NCBI GenBank assembly: GCA_963823665.1
Contig: CAWGMQ010000003.1
Span: 512,001-576,000, forward strand
DNA: 64,000 nucleotides
Direction: 5' to 3'
From: an uncultured Planctomycetota bacterium
Lineage (GTDB): Bacteria; Planctomycetota; Planctomycetia; Isosphaerales; Isosphaeraceae
This document shows positions 50,088-60,616 of this stretch, in pieces. The notes under the pieces are model-generated. The model saw nothing but the letters and a program-made list of their open reading frames with translations. It had not been told where the DNA came from and made no database searches. Every line of letters begins with the position of its first letter. Position 1 is the first letter of the stretch. A program made the translations under genes and the position numbers.

Positions 50088-52517
50088 CTAACGCTTCTCC
50101 AGCGTCAGTGTTCCCAGATCGACCGGTTTATCGTCCTTGGCCGGCGGCACATGGAAGATATGCTCGAGCAGACGACCAACTGCTCGATCCGCCCGAAAGA
50201 AATCCACCGAGAGCGCATGATCACCCGCCGGGACGTCGTCGATCCGGAACGAGCCGTCGCGGTCGACAGTGGCCGTGAACTGGTAGCTGGCTCCATCCGG
50301 TGACGTGGTTGAGCATCGTACGGTGATGAGCGCGAAATTCCATCGAACTTTTTCCTTGAAACCGTCCGGCGGCCGGAGCTTGCCGACAACTGCTCGGCCG
50401 GTACCGCCAAGATCGATCTGAAAGGTCTTGCCGGCAGGGAATTCTGCCGGAACCGAGGCGGCCGAAGTGACCTCAGTCGCTCCGTCGTCGGCGGTGAGCG
50501 ATAGGCGGCGGCCGATCCAGCCTTTGCCGGGGATGACGCGCTCGAAAACGAACTGTCCGTCGGGCCCGGTGACCGAATTGTATTCAACGGAGAAACGCGG
50601 TTCATTCCGCCCGTGTCCAGTCAAGCGAGACACATCAAGCTGGATCGGCACATTCGGGGCCAGCGCCTTTCCAATCCGGAAGGTCCCGTGCACCCTGGAC
50701 CAGGGTTCCAGATGGATGATCCGCGTCAGATCCCACTCAGGGGTCGACTTGATGTACGCAAAGCCCGACGGATGGGTGATGATGAGCTGGAAGTCCTTAT
50801 CCTGCGCCGGAAAATGAAAGCGGCCGGATGCGTCGGTGTCTTCTCGAGCACTGTAGACGGGGGGATCTGCGATGTCGCCGTTCTTGATATTGATCTGGGA
50901 AGCGGCCACTGCGAGCGCCACCTTGGCCCCTACCGCGGGGCGGTTTGCCGGGGTGAAAACCCGGGCGGCGACGTTCTTTCCTTCAGTCAGCTCGAAATCA
51001 ATCGACACACGACCTTCGTCGCTCTTGATCGCACGCGAGCTGGATGGCCGATAGCCGTCGGCTTCGATCCGGATGACATTGAAATCCGCACGCGTGCGGC
51101 GAATGGTGTACCGGCCATCGGAGGCCAAGTGGTTCTCATTTCTGGCGTAGTGCATCTCCTGATCAGCCGCCTGGAAGCCTGGTACGACCCGGAATTTCTT
51201 GATCGGGTTCTTCGTCACTGCGTCGACGACCTTGCCCGAAACGACGAGAGCCGGAGATGTCCGAAAGACGTATTCCTCGGCTCGGGCGATGAGCGGTTGT
51301 GCTTCAAGCTCCATTCCGTCAGGAGGACAGATATCCGCGCTGAACTCATCGAGTGGTGCTTCGTTCCAGACCCACTCGCCCTTCTCGTTGGCATATTGAC
51401 TGACATGATTGAATTCGAAGTACTCGAACTGCCCCCGCCATCGCTGGAAGAAGATCCGCGCCTTGGGAACGGGATTACCCTTTACGTCGACCACCCGGAT
51501 GCGGACCGTGCCGCCGCGCTTCAGCTTGAAGTCGACCGGTCCCATCCCGGGCTCGATGGTCAGCTCCTTCATATCCGTTGCCCGGCCCGTTGCGGAAACC
51601 ACGATTCGGGTCGCTCGCGGCTCGCAGCCGGCGAGCTGGTAAATCCCGTCGGCGCCCGTCTTCGCTTCGCGGATGTCGTTGACAAACTTGGTGCGGACGA
51701 GTGCCCCGACGATCGGTTTTCCCGAATCATCTGTGACCCTGCCGGTGACCGCCAAACCGCGATCCAGAACGATTCTGGCCTCGGGTTCCCGGCCGCGCTT
51801 GATACCGAACTCGCCGGGCCCCAGCGCTCGGCTAGCCGATTTGAAGTGCGGATGATCGATCCCGACGTAGACTTCGGACATCGAGACCGGCACGCTGTCG
51901 AACCGCCACTTCCCGGCTGCGTCGGTCTTCACACGCGCACCGATTGCCAGTTGGCGAAGATCGCCGGAACGCTTCTTGAATTCGATGCTGGGAGTGACCG
52001 TCACGCCTTCAACCGGTTTTCCTTCGGGATCGACAATGATCCCCCCGACCGACCAGCCCGCCTCGAGCGTGGCGGTAAACGTCGAAGGAATGACTTCATC
52101 ATGGGTTTCCGACGACCAGCTCGCCCAGTACGGTCCGTAACCGGGAGTCGTGATATCGACATCGAGACTCGTCGGCATCTGTGGGAGATCGATGACAAGT
52201 CGCCCTTCGCCATCAGCCATCAGGAACGCGCCGTAGGATCCCTTCCTCAGGAACTTGCCGTGGCGGATCTGCTCGGCCGTCGGAACGGGATTCGTACGAA
52301 CGTGGACGAGGGCCTCCGCGATCGGTTTCCCGTCCGGGCCGACAACGCGAAGCTCGAATCCCGACTCGTTCTTGCCGGGCGCCGCGGCGGGCGTCGCCTG
52401 CGCGCCCTGCTGGCCCGGGACCGCTGCTTCGCCGGCGCGCACGTGAGGAACCGAGATGATGGCGAGCAGAATCAATCCGGGAAGCGACCATGCACGAGGC
52501 GCATTACGAATCCCCAT
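50088..52517 (-). CDS. Secreted protein with repeated carboxypeptidase-regulatory-like domains
   Basis: Signal peptide; repeats of G.VVD..GKP(I/V).GA.V and TD..G.F. Confidence 0.85.
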   Translation of the reverse strand: MGIRNAPRAWSLPGLILLAIISVPHVRAGEAAVPGQQGAQATPAAAPGKNESGFELRVVGPDGKPIAEALVHVRTNPVPTAEQIRHGKFLRKGSYGAFLMADGEGRLVIDLPQMPTSLDVDITTPGYGPYWASWSSETHDEVIPSTFTATLEAGWSVGGIIVDPEGKPVEGVTVTPSIEFKKRSGDLRQLAIGARVKTDAAGKWRFDSVPVSMSEVYVGIDHPHFKSASRALGPGEFGIKRGREPEARIVLDRGLAVTGRVTDDSGKPIVGALVRTKFVNDIREAKTGADGIYQLAGCEPRATRIVVSATGRATDMKELTIEPGMGPVDFKLKRGGTVRIRVVDVKGNPVPKARIFFQRWRGQFEYFEFNHVSQYANEKGEWVWNEAPLDEFSADICPPDGMELEAQPLIARAEEYVFRTSPALVVSGKVVDAVTKNPIKKFRVVPGFQAADQEMHYARNENHLASDGRYTIRRTRADFNVIRIEADGYRPSSSRAIKSDEGRVSIDFELTEGKNVAARVFTPANRPAVGAKVALAVAASQINIKNGDIADPPVYSAREDTDASGRFHFPAQDKDFQLIITHPSGFAYIKSTPEWDLTRIIHLEPWSRVHGTFRIGKALAPNVPIQLDVSRLTGHGRNEPRFSVEYNSVTGPDGQFVFERVIPGKGWIGRRLSLTADDGATEVTSAASVPAEFPAGKTFQIDLGGTGRAVVGKLRPPDGFKEKVRWNFALITVRCSTTSPDGASYQFTATVDRDGSFRIDDVPAGDHALSVDFFRADRAVGRLLEHIFHVPPAKDDKPVDLGTLTLEKR

Positions 52518-52864
52518 CTTCTCCTCCAGTTGCCGCGGATTCCTCGGTTCAACGATTTTCCCTGAAGTCGATCGGCCTCTGGAGCGAATCGAGGTCGCGT
52601 TCGCTCAGCGATGCTCGTCCGGCCGCGCGAGCCAGTAATGGGCCTTCCCTTTTGTCGGCTTGGTATTGGTGAGCGTGGCCGTGCTGTCTGAAGTAACCGG
52701 TGATCGATCAACTGCCATATTGTAATGCGCATCCCGCTACGGCTGTAAGATCTCACTTTCGAGCCAGCTTCGCTCCTGCTATGGTGAACGCATCCCGACT
52801 TGAGATTGGATTGCCGGGGCACTGATTATTTCAATGTTATGTTCGTCGAGAGGACAGTTGACCG

Positions 52865-54445
52865 ATGAGATTGATCCAGATCGCGAGCCCAAGGGCACCG
52901 AGTTTGGCACTGGCAGTCAGAGCGGGGTTATTTGGTGCGCTCGCGATCGCCTCGATCGTGCCGGCTCGCGCTGCGCCCCTTCAAGCGGAACCAGCGCAAA
53001 AGCCGGCCGAGAAGCCCGCAGCAAAACCCGCGGACGCTTCTTCCACCGCCTCCCCGGCCGCGAACAAACCGGCGACAGCCAAGGTCGAGAAGGGGCTGTT
53101 CAAGATCGAGGTCGTCTTGAGTGCGGTCTTCGAGGCCCAGCGAACGACCGAGGTCTCGATCAGGCCGAAGGCGTGGGCCAACCCGCTGCTGGTCGAGCGC
53201 GCCATCGAGCTGGGCAGGCCCGTCAAGCAAGGAGACATCCTGGTCGAGTTCGTCCGCGACAAGATCGACACGCTTGTCGAGGACACGGCCGTCGAGAACA
53301 CGATCGCCGAGCTGGCACTCAAGCAGGCTGACGAAGAGCTTCCCCTGCTCGAGAAGGCCTTGCCCATCGACCTGGCCGCCGCGGCGCGGGCCAAGACCCA
53401 GGCTGATGAAGACTTGAAGAGGTTTTTCGATATCGACAAACCTGAAGCCGAACGGACCGCCAATTTTAATGTCAAGTCGTCGCGCGAATACCTGGACTAC
53501 ACCAGGGAGGAGCTGCGCCAGCTTGAGAAAATGTACCGCTCCAAGGATTTGACCGAGGAGACCGAGGAGATCATCCTCCGCCGCCAGCGGTTCCAGGTTG
53601 AGTCCCGAGAGCAATATGTCAAGCAAGCGGAGCTTCAGCGCGACCAGAAGCTGAAGATCGACCTGCCACGGCAAGAAGAGCGCGTCCGTGAAAACGCCGC
53701 CAAGCAGGCGATCGAGCTGGAGAAGGCCCGGTCGCTCTCGCCGCTCACCCTCGGTCAGAAACGGCTGAGCGCCGCCAAGCTGAAGCACGATCTGGCCAGG
53801 TCGGCCGCGAAGCTCGCTGACCTGCGCAAGGACCGAGAGGCGATGATGGTTCACTCGCCGGCCGACGGCCTGGTCTACTACGGGCGCTGTGACCGCGGCA
53901 ACTGGCCGGGGGCCGGCGCGATGGCCCAGAAGCTCCAGAAAGGCGGAATCATCGCGGCCGACGAGGTTTTCATCACCGTCGTCGCCGTTCGGCCCATCGA
54001 CGTCCGCGCGACGGTTGACGAGAAGGATCTGCTCGCCTTGACTGAGCCTGGAATGCTCAGGGGCCTTGTCACGCCCACGGTCGATCCCGGACACCGGCTG
54101 GCGGTTCGGCTGACGAGCGTCCTGCCGGTTCCGCGCGAGCCCGGCAAGTTCGACGCCGTCTTCGCGCTCGATATCGGCGAGTCCCAGCCGGTCATCAAGC
54201 CGGGGATGGCCTGCTCGGTGAAGCTGGTTCCGTATCGCAAGGACAACGCACTCATGGTGCCGGCCGGTGCCGTTTTTGAGGACGATTGGCCGGGCGCGCT
54301 CACGTATTACGTGTATCTCGCCAGGCCGGACAAGGATGGCAAGTACCCGAGGCGACCGGTCAAAGTCGGCAAGTCTGCCGGCGGCAAGACCGAGATCGTC
54401 GATGGCCTTGCCGAGGGGGATGAAATCTTGACGGGCAAGCCGTGA
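52865..54445 (+). CDS. HlyD/membrane-fusion-like periplasmic adaptor with long coiled coil
   Basis: G.PVKQGDILVEF and HSPADGLVYY lipoyl halves, KPGMAC, VP..AV, EIVDGLAEGDEIL. Confidence 0.8.
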   Translation: MRLIQIASPRAPSLALAVRAGLFGALAIASIVPARAAPLQAEPAQKPAEKPAAKPADASSTASPAANKPATAKVEKGLFKIEVVLSAVFEAQRTTEVSIRPKAWANPLLVERAIELGRPVKQGDILVEFVRDKIDTLVEDTAVENTIAELALKQADEELPLLEKALPIDLAAAARAKTQADEDLKRFFDIDKPEAERTANFNVKSSREYLDYTREELRQLEKMYRSKDLTEETEEIILRRQRFQVESREQYVKQAELQRDQKLKIDLPRQEERVRENAAKQAIELEKARSLSPLTLGQKRLSAAKLKHDLARSAAKLADLRKDREAMMVHSPADGLVYYGRCDRGNWPGAGAMAQKLQKGGIIAADEVFITVVAVRPIDVRATVDEKDLLALTEPGMLRGLVTPTVDPGHRLAVRLTSVLPVPREPGKFDAVFALDIGESQPVIKPGMACSVKLVPYRKDNALMVPAGAVFEDDWPGALTYYVYLARPDKDGKYPRRPVKVGKSAGGKTEIVDGLAEGDEILTGKP

Positions 54446-55809
54446 GATCAGCCGTCGCGAAATCGAGGGTGCGTTTGGATTCCGAGGGCACAGGGAGAGC
54501 TCGCATGGTCCGTGCATCGATCTGGCAGATTGCCGCGCTCGCCTTCTTCGGGCTGTGCCTCACGATTGCGGTGAGTGTGGCCGAGGCGAACGAACCGCGG
54601 AGCCTCCCATCGGCTTCGGCACCCCGCCCTGCCCAGGATGGGGCGAAGCAAGAGGCGGGCGGGAGTTCGGCGCAGAAACCCGACCTGCACCCTAAACCCC
54701 CGGAGCCTGTACCCGACGGGGAGATCACCGCGGCGATCGCGCGCGGGGTGGCCTTCTTGCTCAAGGACCAGAACGTCGACGGTTCGTGGGGCTCGCCCGA
54801 ACGGACCAAGAACTTGAACATCATCGCCGGCATTGGCTCGCATCACGCCTTTCGCACGGCCGTGACTTCGCTCTGCGTCTCGGCGCTGATCGAGGTGAGC
54901 GCAGCCGGGAGCTCGCCGGCCGACGCGGCAGCGGTCCGGGGTGCGATTGAACGGGGCGAAGAATATCTGTTCCGCGAGCTCCCGCTGGTGCGACGAGATG
55001 ATCCCATGCTGATTTATAACATCTGGGCCCACGCCTATGGCATTCAGGCGCTCGTGCGGATGCACGGGCGCTTGCCGCAAGACACGGCCCGGCGAGCTCG
55101 GATTGCGGAGTTGATCCGCGGCCAGTTTGACCGCCTGACCCGCTACGAAGCCGCCGAAGGGGGCTGGGGCTACTACGATTTCGGCGCCGGAACCCAGCGG
55201 CCCAACAGCGAGTCGTGCAGCTTTGTAAACGCCACCGTTCTCGTGGCATTTCACGAGGCGAAGCAAATCGGCGTGTCGCCTCCGGAAAAACTGGTCCGGC
55301 GCGGCGCCCTGGGAATCATCCAGCAGCGCAACCCGGACTTCAGCTACCTATACGGCCTGTATCTGCGTTACACCCCCGTGATGGGGATCAATCGTCCCGG
55401 CGGGAGCCTCGGCCGGTCGCAGGCCTGTAACGTGGCGATGCGGCTCTGGGGCGACGCCAAGACAACCGATGCCGTGCTCACCGACTGGCTCGATCGCCTG
55501 ATCGTGCGCAACGGCTGGCTCGACATGGGCCGCAAGCGGCCAATTCCCCATGAGTCGCATTTCATGGTAGCGGGCTATTTCTACTACTACGGTCATTACT
55601 ACGCGACGCGCTGCGTCGAGCAGTTGGCCACGCCGGAGCGTCCGTTCTACCAGGACCACCTGGCCCGGATCCTTTTGAGTCATCAGGAGCGCGACGGCTC
55701 GTGGTGGGACTATCCCCTCTACAATTACCACCAGCAGTACGGCACGGCCTTCGTGCTCATGTCACTCGAACGCTGCCGCAAGCAGACGCCGGCTCAAGGC
55801 TTTCGATGA
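54442..55809 (+). CDS. Exported prenyltransferase/squalene-cyclase-repeat (alpha/alpha toroid) protein
   Basis: RGVAFLLKDQNVDGSWG, GGWGYY, QERDGSWWD repeats; YYYGHYY. Confidence 0.7.
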   Translation: MRSAVAKSRVRLDSEGTGRARMVRASIWQIAALAFFGLCLTIAVSVAEANEPRSLPSASAPRPAQDGAKQEAGGSSAQKPDLHPKPPEPVPDGEITAAIARGVAFLLKDQNVDGSWGSPERTKNLNIIAGIGSHHAFRTAVTSLCVSALIEVSAAGSSPADAAAVRGAIERGEEYLFRELPLVRRDDPMLIYNIWAHAYGIQALVRMHGRLPQDTARRARIAELIRGQFDRLTRYEAAEGGWGYYDFGAGTQRPNSESCSFVNATVLVAFHEAKQIGVSPPEKLVRRGALGIIQQRNPDFSYLYGLYLRYTPVMGINRPGGSLGRSQACNVAMRLWGDAKTTDAVLTDWLDRLIVRNGWLDMGRKRPIPHESHFMVAGYFYYYGHYYATRCVEQLATPERPFYQDHLARILLSHQERDGSWWDYPLYNYHQQYGTAFVLMSLERCRKQTPAQGFR

Positions 55810-55840
55810 CAGTACAGACATCGACTCGGCGCAATGCATC

Positions 55841-56668
55841 ATGACGTTCAAGAACGCCACGCGTGACCCCCGCCATCTGCCTCTGCTCAACCACCCCCTG
55901 GAGGCACCGACGATATTTCGCCCCGAGGAACTCGTCCAGGCCGTTCGGGATCAGCGGGTGCCGGACGCGACAGGCATACCCGACATCTGCGTTCTGGACT
56001 TCGACGGCGATCTTACCGACGCGCTGGTGCGTGCACACGAAGCGCGGGCGTGTGACGCGTGGCCCTGCTTTCACACAACGATGTGGACATTGACAATCGA
56101 CGATCAGCGATGCGGGATCATTGCTCGCACGATTGGCGGTCCATACGCCGTGCTCGTGGCCGAGCAGTTGGCAGTTTGCGGTGTCCGCATCATCGTTGGA
56201 CTGACTTCGGCAGGAAGGATTGGTGTGCGTCTGCCCGTGCCGTGCGTGGTGATCGTCGATCGGGCAATCCGCGATGAGGGGACGAGCTACCATTACCTTC
56301 CCGCCAGCGAGTCGGTGGCAGCGCCTGCTGGCGTTGCCGATGCGCTGCAAGCCGCGGTGTCAGCCATTGACCTCCCCGTGCAACGCGGGCTGGTCTGGAC
56401 GACGGACGCGCCATATCGAGAGACAGCGGAGCAGATCGACCGCTATGCGCGCATGGGGGTACTGGCTGTCGAGATGCAAGCGGCATCATTGTTCGCCTTC
56501 GCCGCAGCCCGGGGGGTTACTGTCGGTGTGGTTGCCCATGTCACCAACGCTCCGGAAGAGAGCGTCGAACGATTCGACAAAGGCTCACACGAGCTCCAAC
56601 GCGGCCTGCTCATCGCGGTCTGCCGTGGCGCACGTCGCTTCCTTGACCAGTCGGTGGTCACTGGTTGA
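55841..56668 (+). CDS. Nucleoside phosphorylase (PNP/UDP family)
   Basis: IGGPYAV, AIRDEGTSYHY, VWTTDAPYRET, AVEMQAA. Confidence 0.9.
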   Translation: MTFKNATRDPRHLPLLNHPLEAPTIFRPEELVQAVRDQRVPDATGIPDICVLDFDGDLTDALVRAHEARACDAWPCFHTTMWTLTIDDQRCGIIARTIGGPYAVLVAEQLAVCGVRIIVGLTSAGRIGVRLPVPCVVIVDRAIRDEGTSYHYLPASESVAAPAGVADALQAAVSAIDLPVQRGLVWTTDAPYRETAEQIDRYARMGVLAVEMQAASLFAFAAARGVTVGVVAHVTNAPEESVERFDKGSHELQRGLLIAVCRGARRFLDQSVVTG

Positions 56669-56686
56669 TTGAGATTCTCTGGCGGC

Positions 56687-57778
56687 TCACTTCCGCTTCT
56701 GGGACTTCTTCAACAAGTTCGACAACAACACCGCGTTGTCCGAGCTTGCCGATTTGTCGCGGGCAAGCCAATTCCACCACAGTGACTGCCCGAGAGCGAT
56801 GACCTCGCCCTGCCCCGCTCGCGCCATGGCGACGAACCCGGCTTCGGGGTAACCCGGAGCCGCGACGAGGACCTTCCCGTTCTGCTTGTCCGTGACCTCC
56901 ACGGGAGATGGGCGATGGAAGTACAGTTTCTTCACGCCCTCGGTGAGCACATGATCGGTGACGTCGGCTGCCCGAAGATCGAACTCGTTCTGGCCGCGAG
57001 GCTCGGAGTCGGTCATCCGCAAGCCATACGGTACGAGCAATTCGTTGGCCTTCCCGACGGTCCCGACGAAAAATGCGTTCGCCGCCAGGATCGTCCGGCC
57101 TCCTCGGTCCAAGAAGTCTTTCAAGGTTTTGATGTCAGAATCTTGAAGGCCGCAGAGCCCTTCCATGCCCAGGAAGACGACATCAATCTTCGTAAGGTCG
57201 ACCTTGCGCAAGACGGGCATCCCGCGCTGCGAACCGAGGTAATGCACGTCGAAATGACCATCCCTCACCAGATCCAGCCAGGAGTCGAAATCGGTCGCAT
57301 CGCTGGTAGAGAATTTGGAGAATGGCGTTTCCAGGACAAGTACGCGAGTCAGGTTGGGCATCTGTGGTCGCACAGTCGCGCTCACGGGGATGGCGATTCG
57401 CTCTCGACCGATCTCGACGCGCACCTCGCCGGAGTAGTCCCCCGGGCGCTCGGTATCGATTGAGAACGACAGGTCGCAGAAGCCCCGGATGTTGCCCCCA
57501 TAGTCCTGGCTGCCGACCTTGACATCCTCGACTCGCACGAACGCCGGTGGCTCGACCTTGATCGCCAGTCCGCTTGAATTCGCCGTCTCACGGAAGATGC
57601 GCACGCTGCCTTCGACGGTTGCGCCGACTCGGAGCGACCCGAACCTGAGCGCGTTGGGTTGGATTTGAGCTGCGGCCGCTCGTTCAGGCACGAGCGAGAC
57701 GGATATCACACCGCTCGCGAGGACGGCGAGTAACGTCCGAGAAATCCGCTGCCGTTCCGATTCTCTGTAATGGATCAT
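56687..57778 (-). CDS. Exported protein with Ig-like and class I glutamine-amidotransferase-like domains
   Basis: Signal peptide; LKDFLDRGGRTIL, NELLVPYGL, GQGEVIALG, DNAVLLSNLL. Confidence 0.6.
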   Translation of the reverse strand: MIHYRESERQRISRTLLAVLASGVISVSLVPERAAAAQIQPNALRFGSLRVGATVEGSVRIFRETANSSGLAIKVEPPAFVRVEDVKVGSQDYGGNIRGFCDLSFSIDTERPGDYSGEVRVEIGRERIAIPVSATVRPQMPNLTRVLVLETPFSKFSTSDATDFDSWLDLVRDGHFDVHYLGSQRGMPVLRKVDLTKIDVVFLGMEGLCGLQDSDIKTLKDFLDRGGRTILAANAFFVGTVGKANELLVPYGLRMTDSEPRGQNEFDLRAADVTDHVLTEGVKKLYFHRPSPVEVTDKQNGKVLVAAPGYPEAGFVAMARAGQGEVIALGQSLWWNWLARDKSASSDNAVLLSNLLKKSQKRK

Positions 57779-57917
57779 GGTTGCCCTCCAGGTCACAGAT
57801 TGTATCCAAAAAATGCCGCGCCTGCCGTTTGGATTGACCACCGCCCGCATCGGCACTTCGGATACAATCCTGTTCGTGATTCTGCGTCGACCTCGTCCGG
57901 TGCGAAGGGGCCAATTC

Positions 57918-58160
57918 ATGCAGCCGACTAAGTGCACTGCCTGCGGCGGGACTGACTTCCATCATGACGAGTTCCGAACTGGATTGGCGGCGTTTCCACG
58001 CACGTTCCTCAACCTTTTCTTCCGGAGCGTCCTCGCCAAGTGCTCAGTCTGCCTGACGTGCGGCTTCGTCGCCGTCTATGTCGATGATGCCACACTCGAA
58101 AAGGTCCGTGCTCGTAAGGTTGGGAGGGAAACCGTTGACTTTCCACAGGTCAAACCATAA
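57918..58160 (+). CDS. Small zinc-ribbon protein
   Basis: KCTACG and VCLTCGF CxxC pairs. Confidence 0.6.
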   Translation: MQPTKCTACGGTDFHHDEFRTGLAAFPRTFLNLFFRSVLAKCSVCLTCGFVAVYVDDATLEKVRARKVGRETVDFPQVKP

Positions 58161-58223
58161 AAAGATGGTGGCACTCTGTTCATGACGGCCCCTCTCTAGG
58201 CATGGGCCGGAAGGTGATCTCCA

Positions 58224-58772
58224 ATGAATTTTCCGTTGCGAGTGTTGAAGACCATTCAGGCCATAGGCGTTCTGCTCCGCTACGACGGGGTGAAACGAAT
58301 GAACTACATGCGGCTCCTGAAACTGCTGTATATCACAGACCGTGAGAGCCTGAAGGAGACGGGGCGGCCGGTCACAGGAGGAGCGGTGATCGCCATGGAG
58401 CGCGGCCCGGTCCTCAAAGAGGTGTACGAGCTCATTCTGGGCCAACATCGAGAAATGTCCCTCTGGTCACAGTTCTACCGCAAGGAACGCTATGACTTGC
58501 TCGAACTGGCGGAACCAGACGTGGGGCAACTCTCCAAGTACGAGATCGGCAAACTTCAGGAAGTGGCCAAAACCTACCAAGAAGATGATGAGTGGGCTTT
58601 GGTTGACATCACTCACAAGTTCCCCGAGTGGAATCAGAATAACCCGGGGAAGTCCTCGAAGCCGATCCCGCTGTCAAGCATCCTGCAAGCAATCGGGCAA
58701 GCTGATGCCATCGATGACATATCAAAGGAGGCTCAAAGCTTGACGGCCTTCGAGCGGCTGCTGGGAAGGTAG
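58224..58772 (+). CDS. Panacea (SocA-like/DUF4065) antitoxin
   Basis: RLLKLLYITDRESL, AMERGPV, LVDITHKFPEW. Confidence 0.85.
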   Translation: MNFPLRVLKTIQAIGVLLRYDGVKRMNYMRLLKLLYITDRESLKETGRPVTGGAVIAMERGPVLKEVYELILGQHREMSLWSQFYRKERYDLLELAEPDVGQLSKYEIGKLQEVAKTYQEDDEWALVDITHKFPEWNQNNPGKSSKPIPLSSILQAIGQADAIDDISKEAQSLTAFERLLGR

Positions 58773-58778
58773 TCGAGC

Positions 58779-59153
58779 GTGGACGCTGGCACGACATTCT
58801 TGTTGAGCGCCGTCGATATCCATCTGTGGATCATCATTTCTGATCCGACGCTCGACGCTGAAAACGTGCTCATCGTGAATCTGACGACTCTGGCTCCGCG
58901 CAAGGAGCAAACGTGCATCCTGAGGGTCGGAGACCATCCGTGGATCCGTCATGATACGTGCGTCAATTATGGGGACTCACAGTTGACGACCCTCGACAAG
59001 CTCTTGGCTGCCCAACGGGCGAATGCCCTATTGATACAGAGCCCCGCGAGCGCCGACGTGCTGAAAAGGATTCGGGAAGGCGCGATGAACTCGACCAAGA
59101 TGCCGCTCGATCACGCCGACGTTCTGATCAGCCAGGGATTGGTGCAGCCATAG
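58779..59153 (+). CDS. Putative toxin partner, possible PemK/MazF-like fold
   Basis: 6 bp after the Panacea gene; HLWIIISDP, VLIVNLTT, GDHPWIRHDTCVNY. Confidence 0.55.
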   Translation: MDAGTTFLLSAVDIHLWIIISDPTLDAENVLIVNLTTLAPRKEQTCILRVGDHPWIRHDTCVNYGDSQLTTLDKLLAAQRANALLIQSPASADVLKRIREGAMNSTKMPLDHADVLISQGLVQP

Positions 59154-59278
59154 TATGGTGCCCCTAGAAGCGGCGCGTCCAGAAAATCAACGATGGCCCC
59201 GAGAACGCAGGCTTGACGCTGCGATCTCAGGGCCATGGTCACTGCTCACCGCAGCAGAAAGCTTGGGCGTTCTCGCGA

Positions 59279-60616
59279 TCAAGTAGCCGGATGGTGCCGC
59301 GACCCGGCCGGCGATGGGAACCCTGAGTCCGGCATCGGCGAGAAATTACCGCCGATCGACTCGGTGTCGACGCTGCTGATCATTTCTCCGCTTCCCAGCG
59401 CTTCCCCGGCGAAGTTCTGTGCCAGAAACGCTGTGCCCATCCAGTAGTCACCGTAGACGCTCACGCCATTAATCTGGTCGGGGCACGTCCCGTTGGACCA
59501 GGTCCCCCAGGGATTGAGCACGGCGAACGTCGAATTCGAGGCGTTGTAGTTGATGACGGCGTAGGCGTGGCCACCCACGATGTCGGGGCTGTTCGGGGTG
59601 GCATCCGAGGTGAGCACGATCATATCGCCGGCCTTCCACGCGGCGGCCAGGTTGCTCGAGCTGAAACTGTAGTTGCTCGCGGCCTTGCCGGTGATGGCTT
59701 GCAACGCCCACGACGGGTATCCGCTGTTGAGTGCGTCGTAGGAGTCGACGCCCGGCCTTTGGCTGGTCACGTAACCGAGTCCGTTGGCTTCGGCGTAAGC
59801 CTTCTCGGCCAGGGCGAACCACAGGATCTGGCTGCCCGAATAAGGGCTCGATACGCGATCATAATACGTGCCGGCGTTGGGCAGCTCGGTGTCCACCGTG
59901 ACGTATTCGGGGACGTCGTGGCTGTTGAAGAAACGCACCGTGTAAAGTTGCACGGTGGCCCCGTTTTCGACGCTGCTGCCGTAGTAAGTGAACATGTTCT
60001 TGATGTCCTGCGGCGCCCGGGCCGCCACCTCCGCGAGGCTCGCCAGCAGCCAGCAGTCACCCTCAAAGCCTTGTGCCACATCAGTGGCGGAAGGCTGTCC
60101 GCTCGGTCCATAGAGCGTGGCGGAGGCGGGTGCTGGGGAATAGGTTGGAGCCGGAAGATAGGGATCGTTGACCGCCGACGTTGCCGGGTTGTAGAGGGTG
60201 ATGGCGTTCTGTTCGGCCTTTGCCCAGGTTGTGCCGCCCGCACTGGTCGCCGCCACATCAAAGGTGTAAGCGGTGCCAGCAGCCAAGGTGGTGAACGCGC
60301 AACTGGTGGTCGCGCTGTTCATCGTGTAAGTCTTCCACGCGTTGTTGACCCACTCATCGACCAGATAGCCCGTCGCGCCCGGCACGGCGTTCCACTTCAC
60401 GTTGATCTGTGCGGCTGAAGCAGGCGTGAGCGTGAATGCGGGGGCCGCGGGAGGCGCCGTTGCGGGTGCAAGCAATCCCAGCGGTGTCCCCGACCGGACG
60501 TCCCGGGTTTCCAGGCAATCCATACCCAGGCAAACCTGCCGTCGGTGCCTGAAGGACCTGCCGTTTTTCTGCGAAGTCGACAACGCACGCCGCAACGAGG
60601 ACAGAAGACGGTTCAT
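59279..60616 (-). CDS. Secreted C2 (calpain-like) cysteine protease with FN3 domain
   Basis: CLETR leader, FN3 (WNAVPGATGY), QGFEGDCWLLASL, AEKAYA, GHAYAV, NPWG catalytic triad. Confidence 0.9.
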   Translation of the reverse strand: MNRLLSSLRRALSTSQKNGRSFRHRRQVCLGMDCLETRDVRSGTPLGLLAPATAPPAAPAFTLTPASAAQINVKWNAVPGATGYLVDEWVNNAWKTYTMNSATTSCAFTTLAAGTAYTFDVAATSAGGTTWAKAEQNAITLYNPATSAVNDPYLPAPTYSPAPASATLYGPSGQPSATDVAQGFEGDCWLLASLAEVAARAPQDIKNMFTYYGSSVENGATVQLYTVRFFNSHDVPEYVTVDTELPNAGTYYDRVSSPYSGSQILWFALAEKAYAEANGLGYVTSQRPGVDSYDALNSGYPSWALQAITGKAASNYSFSSSNLAAAWKAGDMIVLTSDATPNSPDIVGGHAYAVINYNASNSTFAVLNPWGTWSNGTCPDQINGVSVYGDYWMGTAFLAQNFAGEALGSGEMISSVDTESIGGNFSPMPDSGFPSPAGSRHHPAT

